From NCBI GenBank assembly GCA_036149055.1, contig JAYZQJ010000078.1, forward strand, positions 1 through 64,000: a DNA stretch of 64,000 nt, given 5' to 3'. Below the pieces are notes generated by a model. That model was not told where the DNA came from, ran no database searches, and saw only the letters and a program-made list of their open reading frames with translations. Numbering within the stretch: position 1 is the first letter of the stretch; each line of letters starts with the position of its first letter. This DNA is from Myxococcota bacterium (lineage in GTDB: Bacteria; Myxococcota_A; Polyangia; Polyangiales; Sandaracinaceae). Below, one piece after another: positions 45,606 through 54,818 of the stretch. A program made the translations under genes and the position numbers.

Positions 45606-47105
45606 TTGAGCGAGAGCGATTCCTTCGGCGAGCTCCGGGCCCACGTCCGGCGCATCGAGACCCTCTCCGGGATCGAGGGCACCCTCGACTGGGACCAGCA
45701 GACGATGATGCCGCCCAAGGCGGCGGCGCTCCGGGGCGAACAGCAGGCCCTCGTCGCGGGGCTGGCGCACGAACACATCTCGGATCCTCGCATCGAAGGC
45801 TGGCTGGCGGACCTGGAGGGCACCGAGGACCCGGTGCGCGCGGCCGCCGAGAGGAACCTGGGGCGGACCTACCGCCGTGAGAAGCGGGTGCCGGCGGATC
45901 TGGTCGACGCGCTCGCCCGCGCCAAGAGCGAGGGCTTCGGCGTCTGGGTCGCCGCCAAGAAGTCCGACGACTGGGCGAGCTTCCAGCCGAAGCTCGAGCA
46001 GCTCGTCTCGCTCTCCCGCCAGCGCGCGGCCGCCATCGACCCCGATCGCCACCCCTACGAGGTGCTGCTCGAGGAGTTCGACCCGGGCACCACGGTGGCC
46101 TCGCTCCGCGACACCTTCGGCCGCCTCCGCGACGGCCTCGTGCCGCTGCTCGAGGCGATCGCCGGCGCCCCCGCGCTGCCCGCGGTGGACCGCACCTTCG
46201 ACGTCGCCGGGCAGGAGGCGCTGCACCGCGAGGTCGCGGCCGCGCTCGGCTACGACTTCGAGGCCGGTCGGCTCGACCCCGCCGAGCACCCCTTCACCAG
46301 CGGCATGGGCCCCGGCGACGTGCGCATCACCACCCGCCTCGCCCCCGACGACTTCTTCGGCGGCCTCGGCAGCACGGTGCACGAGACCGGCCACGCCCTC
46401 TACGAGCAGGGCCTGCCCCACGCGCATCGCGGGACCACGGTGGCGGAGGCGGCGAGCTTCGGGCTGCACGAGTCCCAGTCCCGCTTCTGGGAGAACACCA
46501 TCGGGCGCTCCGAGGCCTTCTTCCGCTGGCTCGCCCCGAAGCTGCCGGGCCACTTCGAGGGCGCGACCCCCGACGCGTCGGCGCTCTACCGCGCGGCCAA
46601 CCGGGTCGAGCCCAGCCTGATCCGGGTCGAAGCGGACGAGGTCACCTACAACCTGCACATCGTCGTGCGGTTCGAGCTGGAGCTCGCGCTCTTCGAGGGG
46701 ACGCTCGCGGTCGCCGACCTGCCGGCGGCGTGGAACGAGAAGTACGCCGAGTACCTCGGGGTCACCCCGCCCGACGACACCCGCGGCGTGCTCCAGGACG
46801 TGCACTGGTCGAGCGGCGCGTTCGGCTACTTCCCGAGCTACACCCTCGGCAACCTCTACGCCGCGTCGATGGGCCGTGCGATCGAAGCCGCGCTCCCGGA
46901 TCTCTGGGACCGGGTGGCCGACGGAGACTTCGCGCCGATCCTCGGCTGGCTCCGCGAGCGCGTCCACGCGCGCGGCCACCTGCTCGAAGCCCCCGAGATC
47001 GTGCGGGAAGCGGTCGGAGAGCGGGACCACGTCGCCGACCTGCTCGGCTACCTGTGGAGCCGCCACGGCGCCCTCTACGGGGTGTCGCGGCCCGAAGGCG
47101 TGTAA
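45606..47105 (+). CDS. M32 carboxypeptidase (Taq-type)
   Basis: WDQQTMMP; HPF; DVRITTR; HETGHALYEQG; HESQS; IRVEADE; LQDVHW; GYFPSY. Confidence 0.96.
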   Translation: MSESDSFGELRAHVRRIETLSGIEGTLDWDQQTMMPPKAAALRGEQQALVAGLAHEHISDPRIEGWLADLEGTEDPVRAAAERNLGRTYRREKRVPADLVDALARAKSEGFGVWVAAKKSDDWASFQPKLEQLVSLSRQRAAAIDPDRHPYEVLLEEFDPGTTVASLRDTFGRLRDGLVPLLEAIAGAPALPAVDRTFDVAGQEALHREVAAALGYDFEAGRLDPAEHPFTSGMGPGDVRITTRLAPDDFFGGLGSTVHETGHALYEQGLPHAHRGTTVAEAASFGLHESQSRFWENTIGRSEAFFRWLAPKLPGHFEGATPDASALYRAANRVEPSLIRVEADEVTYNLHIVVRFELELALFEGTLAVADLPAAWNEKYAEYLGVTPPDDTRGVLQDVHWSSGAFGYFPSYTLGNLYAASMGRAIEAALPDLWDRVADGDFAPILGWLRERVHARGHLLEAPEIVREAVGERDHVADLLGYLWSRHGALYGVSRPEGV

Positions 47106-47114
47106 GCTGACGGC

Positions 47115-49214
47115 GTGAAGGGGTGGTGGCGCTGGCTGTCGCCCGACGTGCCGCGCGACGACCCGGAGGAGGCGACGGCGGCGCGGCGGGCGGCGGGGCT
47201 GTTCGCGATCGTGACGATCGCGTGGCTGCTCTTCGCCGCCCAGTACGCGCTGCAAGGTCGGTGGCTGACCGTCGGGATCGACGTCACCGTCGCCGCCCTC
47301 ACCGCCCTCGGCCGCAGCTGGACCCTCCGGGATCCGAGCCTGCGCCGCGTGGCCACCGGCACCGCGCTCGTCACCCTGCTCTCGCTCGTGGGGCTGGTCG
47401 GCGCGGCGATCCTCAGCGGACAGGACCGGGCGATGGCGGTCTGGTACATCGCCATCGCGCCGCTCTTCCTCGGCTACGTGGTCGGCCCGGGGAGCGCGCT
47501 CGGGGCGGCGGCGCTCGCCTCGCTGGGCATCGCGCTCGTGCACGCCTCGACCGCGGTCGTGACGGTGGAGCCCGAGTTCGTGGCCGACGGCTCCGAGCGC
47601 ATGCTCGGCCAGATCCTGCTCGCCTGGGTGGTGGCCGGCTTCGCCTGGACGGCGCGCAAGGCGATGGACACCCAGGTGAGCACCATCGAGCGACAGCGCG
47701 CGATCGCGCTCCGGAGCGCGGCCGCGCTCGAGACGGCGCGGGATCAGGCGATGACCGCGGACCGCGCCAAGAGCGAGTTCCTGGCCAACGTCAGCCACGA
47801 GCTGCGCACGCCCCTCACCGCCATCCTCGGCATGGCCGACCTGCTCGCCGACGACACCCTGGCGGGCGACCAGCGGCACCGGGTCGAGCGGATCCAGGAG
47901 GCCGGGCGCACGCTGCTCGCGCTCCTCGACGACGTGCTCGACCTGTCGCGGGTCGAGGCGGATCGGCTCGAGCTGTCGCCCGAGCCCTTCGAGCTGCGGG
48001 CCGAGGTCGAGCGCGTGGTCGAGATGCTCGCGCCGAAGGCCGCGCGCGGCGTCTCGCTCGAGCTGGAGCTCGAGGGCGAGGTGCCCGAGTGGGTGCGGGT
48101 GGACGGGCGGCGCCTCCGGCAGATCCTCGTCAACCTGGTCGGCAACGCGGTGAAGTTCACCACCAAGGGCCAGGTCACCGTCCGGGTGACGACCGAAGGC
48201 GCCCGCACCCGGCTCGCGGTCGAGGACACCGGCATCGGCATCCCGCAGGCGGCGCAGGCCCGCATCTTCCAGCCGTTCCAGCAGGTCGACGCGTCGACCA
48301 GCCGGCGCTACGGCGGCACCGGGCTCGGCCTGGCGATCAGCGCGCGCCTGGTCCGCTCGCTCGGCGGTGACCTCCAGCTCGAGAGCCGGGAGGGCGAGGG
48401 CAGCGTCTTCCACTTCACGCTCGCGCTCGAGCCGTGCGCCCCCGGTCAGGCCCCCCGCGCCGCCGACGACCTCACCCCCATCGCCGAGCAGCGCCCGCTC
48501 TCGATCCTGGTGGCCGAGGACAACCCGGTGAACCGCGAGGTGATCACCGGCCTGCTCGAGCGGCTCGGCTACGCGCCGGTCGTGACCGAGAACGGGGTCG
48601 AGGCGGTCGCCGCCCTCGATCTGCAGCCCTTCGACGTGGCGCTCGTGGACATCCAGATGCCGCTCATGGACGGCATGGCGGTGGCGCGCGCGGTCTCGGA
48701 CCGCCCCGACCGCCCGGCGCTGATCGCGCTGACCGCCAACGTGATGGCGCACCAGCGCGAGCGTTATCTCCGCGCGGGCTTCGAGCGGGTGCTGCCCAAG
48801 CCCATCGATCCGCGGGCGCTGCGCGACGCGCTGCTGGATCGCGAGGGCCCGGGCGAAGCGCGCAGGGCCGTCACCGGCTCGTTCGACGAGTCCCGCCTCG
48901 AGCCGCTCGAGAAGATCAGCGGCGATCGCTTCCCCACCCTGCTCGCCGCGCACGTCGACAACGGCGGCGCGCTGGTGACGGAGGCGCGCGAGGCGCTGGC
49001 GGCCGGCGACCTGGAGACGCTCGAGCGCGCCGCCCACTCGCTGAAGTCGAGCAGCGCGCAGTTCGGGTCGATGCGGGTCAGCGACTGCTGCGCGGCCCTG
49101 GAGCACGCCGCCGAGCGCGGCGATCGGGCGGCGGCCGAGGAGGCGATGACGGCCCTCGAGGCGGCCTGGGAGCGCGCCGCCGGCCGCCTCCGTTCACGGA
49201 TCGACGCCGCCTGA
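47115..49214 (+). CDS. Membrane hybrid histidine kinase (HisKA-HATPase-REC-Hpt)
   Basis: About 6 TM; FLANVSHELRTPL; NLVGNAVKFT; GGTGLGL; AEDNPVN...DIQMP; AHSLKSSS. Confidence 0.95.
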   Translation: MKGWWRWLSPDVPRDDPEEATAARRAAGLFAIVTIAWLLFAAQYALQGRWLTVGIDVTVAALTALGRSWTLRDPSLRRVATGTALVTLLSLVGLVGAAILSGQDRAMAVWYIAIAPLFLGYVVGPGSALGAAALASLGIALVHASTAVVTVEPEFVADGSERMLGQILLAWVVAGFAWTARKAMDTQVSTIERQRAIALRSAAALETARDQAMTADRAKSEFLANVSHELRTPLTAILGMADLLADDTLAGDQRHRVERIQEAGRTLLALLDDVLDLSRVEADRLELSPEPFELRAEVERVVEMLAPKAARGVSLELELEGEVPEWVRVDGRRLRQILVNLVGNAVKFTTKGQVTVRVTTEGARTRLAVEDTGIGIPQAAQARIFQPFQQVDASTSRRYGGTGLGLAISARLVRSLGGDLQLESREGEGSVFHFTLALEPCAPGQAPRAADDLTPIAEQRPLSILVAEDNPVNREVITGLLERLGYAPVVTENGVEAVAALDLQPFDVALVDIQMPLMDGMAVARAVSDRPDRPALIALTANVMAHQRERYLRAGFERVLPKPIDPRALRDALLDREGPGEARRAVTGSFDESRLEPLEKISGDRFPTLLAAHVDNGGALVTEAREALAAGDLETLERAAHSLKSSSAQFGSMRVSDCCAALEHAAERGDRAAAEEAMTALEAAWERAAGRLRSRIDAA

Positions 49215-50015
49215 CTCGCTCATGTGCGGCGGCGGGCCGTCGCTCGTCAGGATGTGGTCGGGGTCGCCCAGGAACTCGAAGTGCATCGTGTCCATGAGCC
49301 GGTCGTGGCCGAGCCAGTAGAAGCCGTACTTCTCGAAGCCGCGCACCCAGCACTCCGGCATGATCATGCGGTCGAAGATCGAGTCCGGCTGGCCCTGGCA
49401 CTGCGGGTGGAGACGCCACTCCTTCACGCAGTTGCAGCAAGTGTTCTCGCGCGGGTCGAGGTCGATCGCGATCCCGTAGACGTGATTGCTGACCTCGCCG
49501 TTGTGGTAGGTGTTGCGGTCCCGGATCCCGCTCAGGCGCCCCGGCTGGTAGTCGTCCTGACAGGTCCGCGCGATCTCGCGCTCGGCGCAGCGAGCCGCCG
49601 GGATGATGCGCTCGTTGAGGCGGATGGGCCGGTCGAAGAGCCGGAGCCCGCGGGCGTTCTGCATCGGGCTGCGGTCGTTCCAGGACGCCTGGCCGAAGCC
49701 CGTGAAGAAGCCGTACTGCTCGGTGCGGAATCGGATGGCCCGCGCGTGCGTGCCCCGGCGATCGCGCACCTCGTCGCGATCCATGCGGCGGTTCACCTGC
49801 CAGTTGGCGCGGATGAGGAACGCCTGCGGATCCTGCGGGTTGCAGTCGATCTCCTCCGCCGCGGCGCGCTCGCGCCACGTGGTCTCCTCCGCGTCGTCCT
49901 GGGCCCCGAGCGGGAGCGCCAGCGCCGCGCCGAGCGCGAGCAGCGAGGACAGAGCGGAGAGGGCGAGGCCCAGTCGGGAGCGGGGTCGGGATCGCACGCG
50001 CCGAGGGTAGCTCAC
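49194..50015 (-). CDS. M15 family peptidoglycan metallopeptidase, secreted
   Basis: Signal peptide; SNHVYGIAIDLD; FEKYGFYWLG; DTMHFE. Confidence 0.85.
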   Translation of the reverse strand: MSYPRRVRSRPRSRLGLALSALSSLLALGAALALPLGAQDDAEETTWRERAAAEEIDCNPQDPQAFLIRANWQVNRRMDRDEVRDRRGTHARAIRFRTEQYGFFTGFGQASWNDRSPMQNARGLRLFDRPIRLNERIIPAARCAEREIARTCQDDYQPGRLSGIRDRNTYHNGEVSNHVYGIAIDLDPRENTCCNCVKEWRLHPQCQGQPDSIFDRMIMPECWVRGFEKYGFYWLGHDRLMDTMHFEFLGDPDHILTSDGPPPHMSESGGVDP

Positions 50016-50042
50016 CGTCCCCCGGACGCGAGCCCCCCGAGG

Positions 50043-50621
50043 TCACGCGCCGCGGATCCGGTCGAGGTCCGTCCAGAGCGCGTCCACGTCCAGGGCGATC
50101 CCGATGGAGTCGAGCGGGAGCGCGCCTCCGCGGACCAGGGTCACGAGCCACTGATCGGCGGACACGCGGCGGTGATGCTCGACCAGGCGCGCTTCCCAGG
50201 AGACGACCACGTACTCGGCGAAGCTCTCGAGCGTCCGGTAGTGCGACAGCTTGCCACCGCGGTCGTAGTCGGCGGTGGTGGGCGAGGCCACCTCGACGAC
50301 GAGCGTGGGGTTCACGAGGGCGTTGGGGTCGCGCTCGTCGTACCGGGGCGTCTCGCAGACCACGAGCGCGTCCGGGTAGTGGTACGCCTCGGTCGCCGGG
50401 GTGGAGACCTTCTGGCCGTCGGGGAACGCGACGCAGTCCCTCCCCGCCAGCCCGTTCGTCAGCTGCACGATCACGTTGCGCGTGACGATGCCGTGCTCGG
50501 GCGTCGCCCCCCGAGAGGCCCACGCGAGCCCGTTCGCGTACTCCCAGCGCTCTTCGCTCGCCGCGTCGAGCGCCACGTACTCGGCCACGCTCATCCGTCG
50601 CTCGTCCCGCGCCTCCACCAC
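50043..50621 (-). CDS. Uma2 family endonuclease
   Basis: MSVAEY...RWEYANG; YPDALVVC; NPTLVVEVASPTT.DYDRGGK. Confidence 0.92.
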   Translation of the reverse strand: MVEARDERRMSVAEYVALDAASEERWEYANGLAWASRGATPEHGIVTRNVIVQLTNGLAGRDCVAFPDGQKVSTPATEAYHYPDALVVCETPRYDERDPNALVNPTLVVEVASPTTADYDRGGKLSHYRTLESFAEYVVVSWEARLVEHHRRVSADQWLVTLVRGGALPLDSIGIALDVDALWTDLDRIRGA

Positions 50622-50643
50622 CCGAGCATACCGCGCGACGCGG

Positions 50644-50688
50644 GCTCGGGCAGGGCGCGCTCGGGCAGGGAGCGCTCAGGCAGGGAGC
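50644..50688. repeat. Three tandem 15-bp repeats
   Basis: GCTCGGGCAGGGCGC / GCTCGGGCAGGGAGC / GCTCAGGCAGGGAGC; the last copy contains the SUFU gene stop. Confidence 0.8.
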
Positions 50689-51248
50689 GGGGCGCGGTCG
50701 GGGCGGGTGACGAAGAGCGGGGTCGCGGCGCGCAGGCGGGCGATCAGCTCCTTCCAACCGTCGTCGGCCATCGAGGGCAGCTCCCGCTCGTGCAGCGCCA
50801 CCACCTGGTAGTAGACGGGCAGCTCGCTCGCGCCGAGCTCGGGGTCCTTCACCAGCGCGGCGCAGCGCAGGCGCCCGCCCGGGTCGACCGGGGTCGGGAG
50901 GCAGAGGTAGTGCCCCTCCTCGAAGCCGACGCCGCTCTCCACCACGTGCCGGGCGAAGCGCTGGAGCAGCCCGACCGGCCAGGCGGGCGGGCCGACGGGG
51001 CCCTCCGCGCGGGGGACGCGAGCGAGGCGGAACGTCAGCTCGAGCGCGAATCGGTCGCGCAGGCCGAAGCCGACGTAGTGCCAGTGCTGCGGCGCCTCCT
51101 GGGGCGCGGCCTCGAACACGCCGACCGTGGTCAGCGGCTCCTCACGCGTCCCCGGGCCGGAGAAGATCTCCGGCTCCTGCTCGCCGTAGAGCGCGGCGAG
51201 CGGCCCGGTCTCCAGCCGGGTGCGGATGCGTATGGGCGGGAGGCGCAT
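50676..51248 (-). CDS. Suppressor-of-fused (SUFU) domain protein
   Basis: HWHYVGFGL; ELTFRL; PPAWPVGLLQRFARHV; DPEL; QVVAL..REL. Confidence 0.85.
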   Translation of the reverse strand: MRLPPIRIRTRLETGPLAALYGEQEPEIFSGPGTREEPLTTVGVFEAAPQEAPQHWHYVGFGLRDRFALELTFRLARVPRAEGPVGPPAWPVGLLQRFARHVVESGVGFEEGHYLCLPTPVDPGGRLRCAALVKDPELGASELPVYYQVVALHERELPSMADDGWKELIARLRAATPLFVTRPDRAPLPA

Positions 51249-51258
51249 CAGGGGAGGT

Positions 51259-51720
51259 CTACGCCTCCCCGGTCGATTCCTTCCCGCCCTCGCGGTAGTG
51301 AGGTGCCCAGCCGCTGGGGTCCTGGAAGAGCCGCACGCATCGGATGGTCTTCCGATCCGTCAGGAAGAAGCGGTGGTGACGGTCCTTCGGCACCACGATC
51401 AGGTCGCCGGGCTCCACCGTCACCCGCATCCAGCGATCGTCCTGGCTGCGGATGTCGAAGACGCCCTCCCCCTCGAGCACGAAGCGGACCTCGTCCTCGG
51501 TGTGGAGGTGCTCGTCCACGAACTTCGCGCAGATGGCCTCGAGGTTCTCGGTGTCCGGCCGGAGCGCGACCTCGTCCTGGTGGACGTAGCCCTGCGCCGC
51601 CTTGAGCGCGTCGATCGGGCCCTGGTAGGCCCCGAGGTCGAGCCGCTCGTAGTGGACGCCCTCGGCGCCGAGTCGCTGCGGGTCGATGGTCTCTTCGGTC
51701 TCGAGCCAGTGCGCGCGCAT
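51259..51720 (-). CDS. mtnD: Acireductone dioxygenase
   Basis: EHLHTEDEVRFVLEGEGVFD; GDLIVVP...HHRF; RLFQDPSGW. Confidence 0.93.
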   Translation of the reverse strand: MRAHWLETEETIDPQRLGAEGVHYERLDLGAYQGPIDALKAAQGYVHQDEVALRPDTENLEAICAKFVDEHLHTEDEVRFVLEGEGVFDIRSQDDRWMRVTVEPGDLIVVPKDRHHRFFLTDRKTIRCVRLFQDPSGWAPHYREGGKESTGEA

Positions 51721-51729
51721 CGCGTGTCC

Positions 51730-52392
51730 TCAGTGCTTGAGCAGCGGCTGTCCCTCGAGCTCGGGGGCTCGCGGCGCCTGGGTGGGATCGAAGCCGAGCT
51801 TGCGCATCTGCACCGCGGCCTCGAAGAGGTAGTCGTAACACTCGGCGTGGGTCTTGGCCTTCACCCAGTCCTCGCCCCACACGTACACGCCGTGGCGCCG
51901 CACCAGGACCGCGTGGCTCTGGGGGTAGGCCTCGATCGCGGCGGCCATCGAGTCGGCGAGGTCGTGCTCGTGCGCCGTGTTCTCGATGATCGGGACGACC
52001 AGCTCGTCGTGATATCCGACGCCGGTGATGCCCTTCATCATCTCGAGGTGCGTGACCCGGAAGGCGTCCTCGAAGAGCAGGGTCGCGAGCATCGCGTTGA
52101 CGCTGTGGCTGTGCAGCACCGCGCCGGCGTCCCGCAGCCGGAAGGCGTTGTAGAAGAGCGGCGCGCAGGCGCTCACCTTCGCGGCGCCGGCCGGCGCCTC
52201 GACCACCTCCCCCTCCGCGTCGAGCACGAAGAGGTCCTCGGGCCGGAGGCGCTCCTTCTGCACCCCCGACGGCGCCATGTAGACGCGCTCGCCCTCGCGG
52301 ACGCTGATGCCCCCGCCGGTCCCGCTGACCCAGCCCAGGTCGTAGAACTGGCGGCACAGCTCACAGATGATCTCGCGCGGGTCCTGGGTCAC
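51730..52392 (-). CDS. mtnB: Methylthioribulose-1-phosphate dehydratase
   Basis: [46 protein letters not shown] 52392 after GGAGG. Confidence 0.95.
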   Translation of the reverse strand: MTQDPREIICELCRQFYDLGWVSGTGGGISVREGERVYMAPSGVQKERLRPEDLFVLDAEGEVVEAPAGAAKVSACAPLFYNAFRLRDAGAVLHSHSVNAMLATLLFEDAFRVTHLEMMKGITGVGYHDELVVPIIENTAHEHDLADSMAAAIEAYPQSHAVLVRRHGVYVWGEDWVKAKTHAECYDYLFEAAVQMRKLGFDPTQAPRAPELEGQPLLKH

Positions 52393-52498
52393 GACGTCCT
52401 CCGAAGCGAGAGAGGGTATCGAACCGGCCGTGAGGCGCAACCGCCGGCTGGACGCCGATCGGCGGCGTGTCATGAGACGGGGCGGCGGTGACGGACGC

Positions 52499-53761
52499 GT
52501 GGGCTGGGAAGGCTGGGTCGTCTCGGGGATCGTGGTCGCGCTGGTCACCGGGCTGGCGCGCGAGGTGGCGTCGCCCCCGAAGGTGTTCGCCGCGGCGCTG
52601 GCCGCCCTGGTGGCGCTCTCGCCCGCCTCGCCACGCCTGCCCGACGCGGGCGCCCTGCTCGCGGCGTTCGGCAACGAGGCGCTCTGGACCATCGCCGCGC
52701 TCTTCGTGCTGAGCGGCGGCGTCACCCGCTCCGGCGCGCTCGCGCACGTGACCCGCTGGCTCGGCCGCCCGCGCTCGGTGGCCGGCGCGCAGCTGCGGCT
52801 GATGGCGCCGGTGATCGGGGCGAGCGCGGTGCTGAACAACACCCCGGTGGTCGCGATGATGATCCCGGTCGTGAAGGGCTGGGCTCGCGAGGCGGGGCTC
52901 GACCCGCGCAAGCTGCTGCTCCCGTTGAGCTACGCCGCGGTGCTCGGCGGGGTCTGCACCCTCATCGGCACGAGCACCAACCTCGTCGTGCAGGGGCTGC
53001 TCCGCCAGGCCGACCTGCCCACCTTCGGCTTCTTCACGCTCGGCTGGATCGGCGCCCCGGTCGCGGCGGCCGGCGTGCTCTACGTGCTCGCCGTCTCCCG
53101 CTTCTGGTCGCCGCGCCCCCGAGACGGCGCCCCGGACGTGGACCTCCCCGAGACGGTCGAGGGCCACCCGGGGCGCGCCGCCGTTCTGCTCGCGCTCTTC
53201 GTCGCCTCGGCCGCGCTCGAGCCGATCACCGGGGTCCCGGTCGTGGTCAGCGCGGTGGTCGCGGCGGCGCTCTCGGTCGCGCTCCGGGTGCTGTCCTTCG
53301 AGGCGGCCTGGCGCAGCGTCGACGGCGGCCTGCTCCTCTGCATCGGCGCGGCGCTCGCGCTCGCGAAGGCCCTCGAGCAGAGCGGGGCGGCGGGCGCGGC
53401 GGCGGACGCGCTCATGTCGCTCCTGGCTCCGCTCGGCGCCTGGGGCGCGCTCGCCGGCGTCTATCTCGTGACCTTGCTCTTGACCGAGGCGGTGACCAAC
53501 AACGCGGCCGCGGCCCTCGGCTTCCCGCTCGCGGTCGCCGCCGCGGCCCAGGTCGACGCGCCGATCACGCCCTTCGCCATCGCCGTCGGCATCGCCGCGA
53601 GCGGCGGCTTCGCCACCCCGATGGGCTACCAGACCCACATGATGGTCTTCCTCGCCGGCCGCTACCGCTTCCGCGACGTCGCCCTGCTCGGCCTCGGCCT
53701 CGACCTCGTCGTCATGGCGGTCGCGCTCACCCTGATCCCCCTCGTCTTCCCCCTCCGTTGA
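52499..53761 (+). CDS. SLC13/DASS family permease (compact form)
   Basis: [53 protein letters not shown]. Start approximate. Confidence 0.85.
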   Translation: MGWEGWVVSGIVVALVTGLAREVASPPKVFAAALAALVALSPASPRLPDAGALLAAFGNEALWTIAALFVLSGGVTRSGALAHVTRWLGRPRSVAGAQLRLMAPVIGASAVLNNTPVVAMMIPVVKGWAREAGLDPRKLLLPLSYAAVLGGVCTLIGTSTNLVVQGLLRQADLPTFGFFTLGWIGAPVAAAGVLYVLAVSRFWSPRPRDGAPDVDLPETVEGHPGRAAVLLALFVASAALEPITGVPVVVSAVVAAALSVALRVLSFEAAWRSVDGGLLLCIGAALALAKALEQSGAAGAAADALMSLLAPLGAWGALAGVYLVTLLLTEAVTNNAAAALGFPLAVAAAAQVDAPITPFAIAVGIAASGGFATPMGYQTHMMVFLAGRYRFRDVALLGLGLDLVVMAVALTLIPLVFPLR

Positions 53762-54760
53762 TCACGGGAGGCGGAGGCCGACGCCGATCTGGAAGATGAG
53801 CTCGGCCGGGTCGTCGGCGTCCTCGGGGGCGTCGGTGGGGAGCGGGATCCAGTCGTCGACGACGAAGAAGCGCGGCGTGATGTCGAGGGCGACGTCGTGG
53901 TCGAGCAGGATCGAGACCGGGGCGTCCCAGGCGATGTACCAGGTGGGGTCGCGGTCGCTGCGGAGCATCAGGCCGAGCTCGGGGCCGACGATGGAGCTGA
54001 AGGTCGGCAGCCGGACGACGGTGCGCTCGTAGCGGTTGTAGAGCGCGTCGCCGATGCCGATCGCGGCGATCCACTCCGCCTCCTGGCCGCGGTCCGCCCG
54101 GTAGAGGAAGTGCGCCTTCAGCGAGGCGCCGATCTGGTCGCCCACGATCGCGTCGACCAGCGAGTCGCCGAAGTCGCGCTCGTCGGAGTCCCGCGCGCGG
54201 TGGAGGAAGATCCAGTCGGCGGCGACGCTGCCCCCGACCCAGGTGCCGGGGGTCTCGGCCAGGGTGGCCACCGCCAGCTCGATCGACAGCTCGAGGCGGT
54301 CGCCGCGCTCGCGGTGCTCGCTCACCCAGCGCGGGTCCTCGGCGTGGCGCGCCTCCTCGTCCCGCGTCGCCTCGCGCCAGGCGCCTTCGCCCGGGTGGCT
54401 CTGGAGCCCGAGGAGCTGCACGCGGGGGTCGCCCCGCAGCGCGTCGAGCTCGGCGGAGTAGCCGGCGACGTCGGTGGGCCAGCCGGAGACCCGCGCGATC
54501 GGCGCGGCGACGCGATAGATCGAGCCGGTCCCGGGGCAGGCGGGCGGCGCGCAGGCGATCTCCTCGACCACCGGCGCGCAGCGCTCGGCGCAGGCGCTCA
54601 CCGGGTCTGCGCCCGCGCGGCTGAAGGCGCGGTCCGGGGCGATCCAGATCGCGGGGACCTCCGCCTGGAGGGAGAGCAGCCCGCCGACCCGGGCCGCGCC
54701 GTCCTGGGCGGCGGCGGGGGCGGCGAGGAGCAGCGAAGCGAAGAGCGGGAGCCAGCGCAT
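53762..54760 (-). CDS. Hypothetical secreted or outer-membrane protein
   Basis: ATG 54760; signal peptide ending AAA-Q; four Cys in the N-terminal part; beta-strand-like C-terminus QIGVGLRLP. Confidence 0.65.
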   Translation of the reverse strand: MRWLPLFASLLLAAPAAAQDGAARVGGLLSLQAEVPAIWIAPDRAFSRAGADPVSACAERCAPVVEEIACAPPACPGTGSIYRVAAPIARVSGWPTDVAGYSAELDALRGDPRVQLLGLQSHPGEGAWREATRDEEARHAEDPRWVSEHRERGDRLELSIELAVATLAETPGTWVGGSVAADWIFLHRARDSDERDFGDSLVDAIVGDQIGASLKAHFLYRADRGQEAEWIAAIGIGDALYNRYERTVVRLPTFSSIVGPELGLMLRSDRDPTWYIAWDAPVSILLDHDVALDITPRFFVVDDWIPLPTDAPEDADDPAELIFQIGVGLRLP

Positions 54761-54818
54761 GGGCGGCTCCGACGCGCCGCTCGGGCAAACGATCTCCGTT
54801 TTGATAGGCTCCGCCCCG

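Noticed and set aside
45471..49106. 1780-aa giant protein 43764..49106
   Set aside because: The first ~1210 codons are antisense to the M32 peptidase and histidine kinase; the real gene starts near 45470 at the lipoprotein signal.
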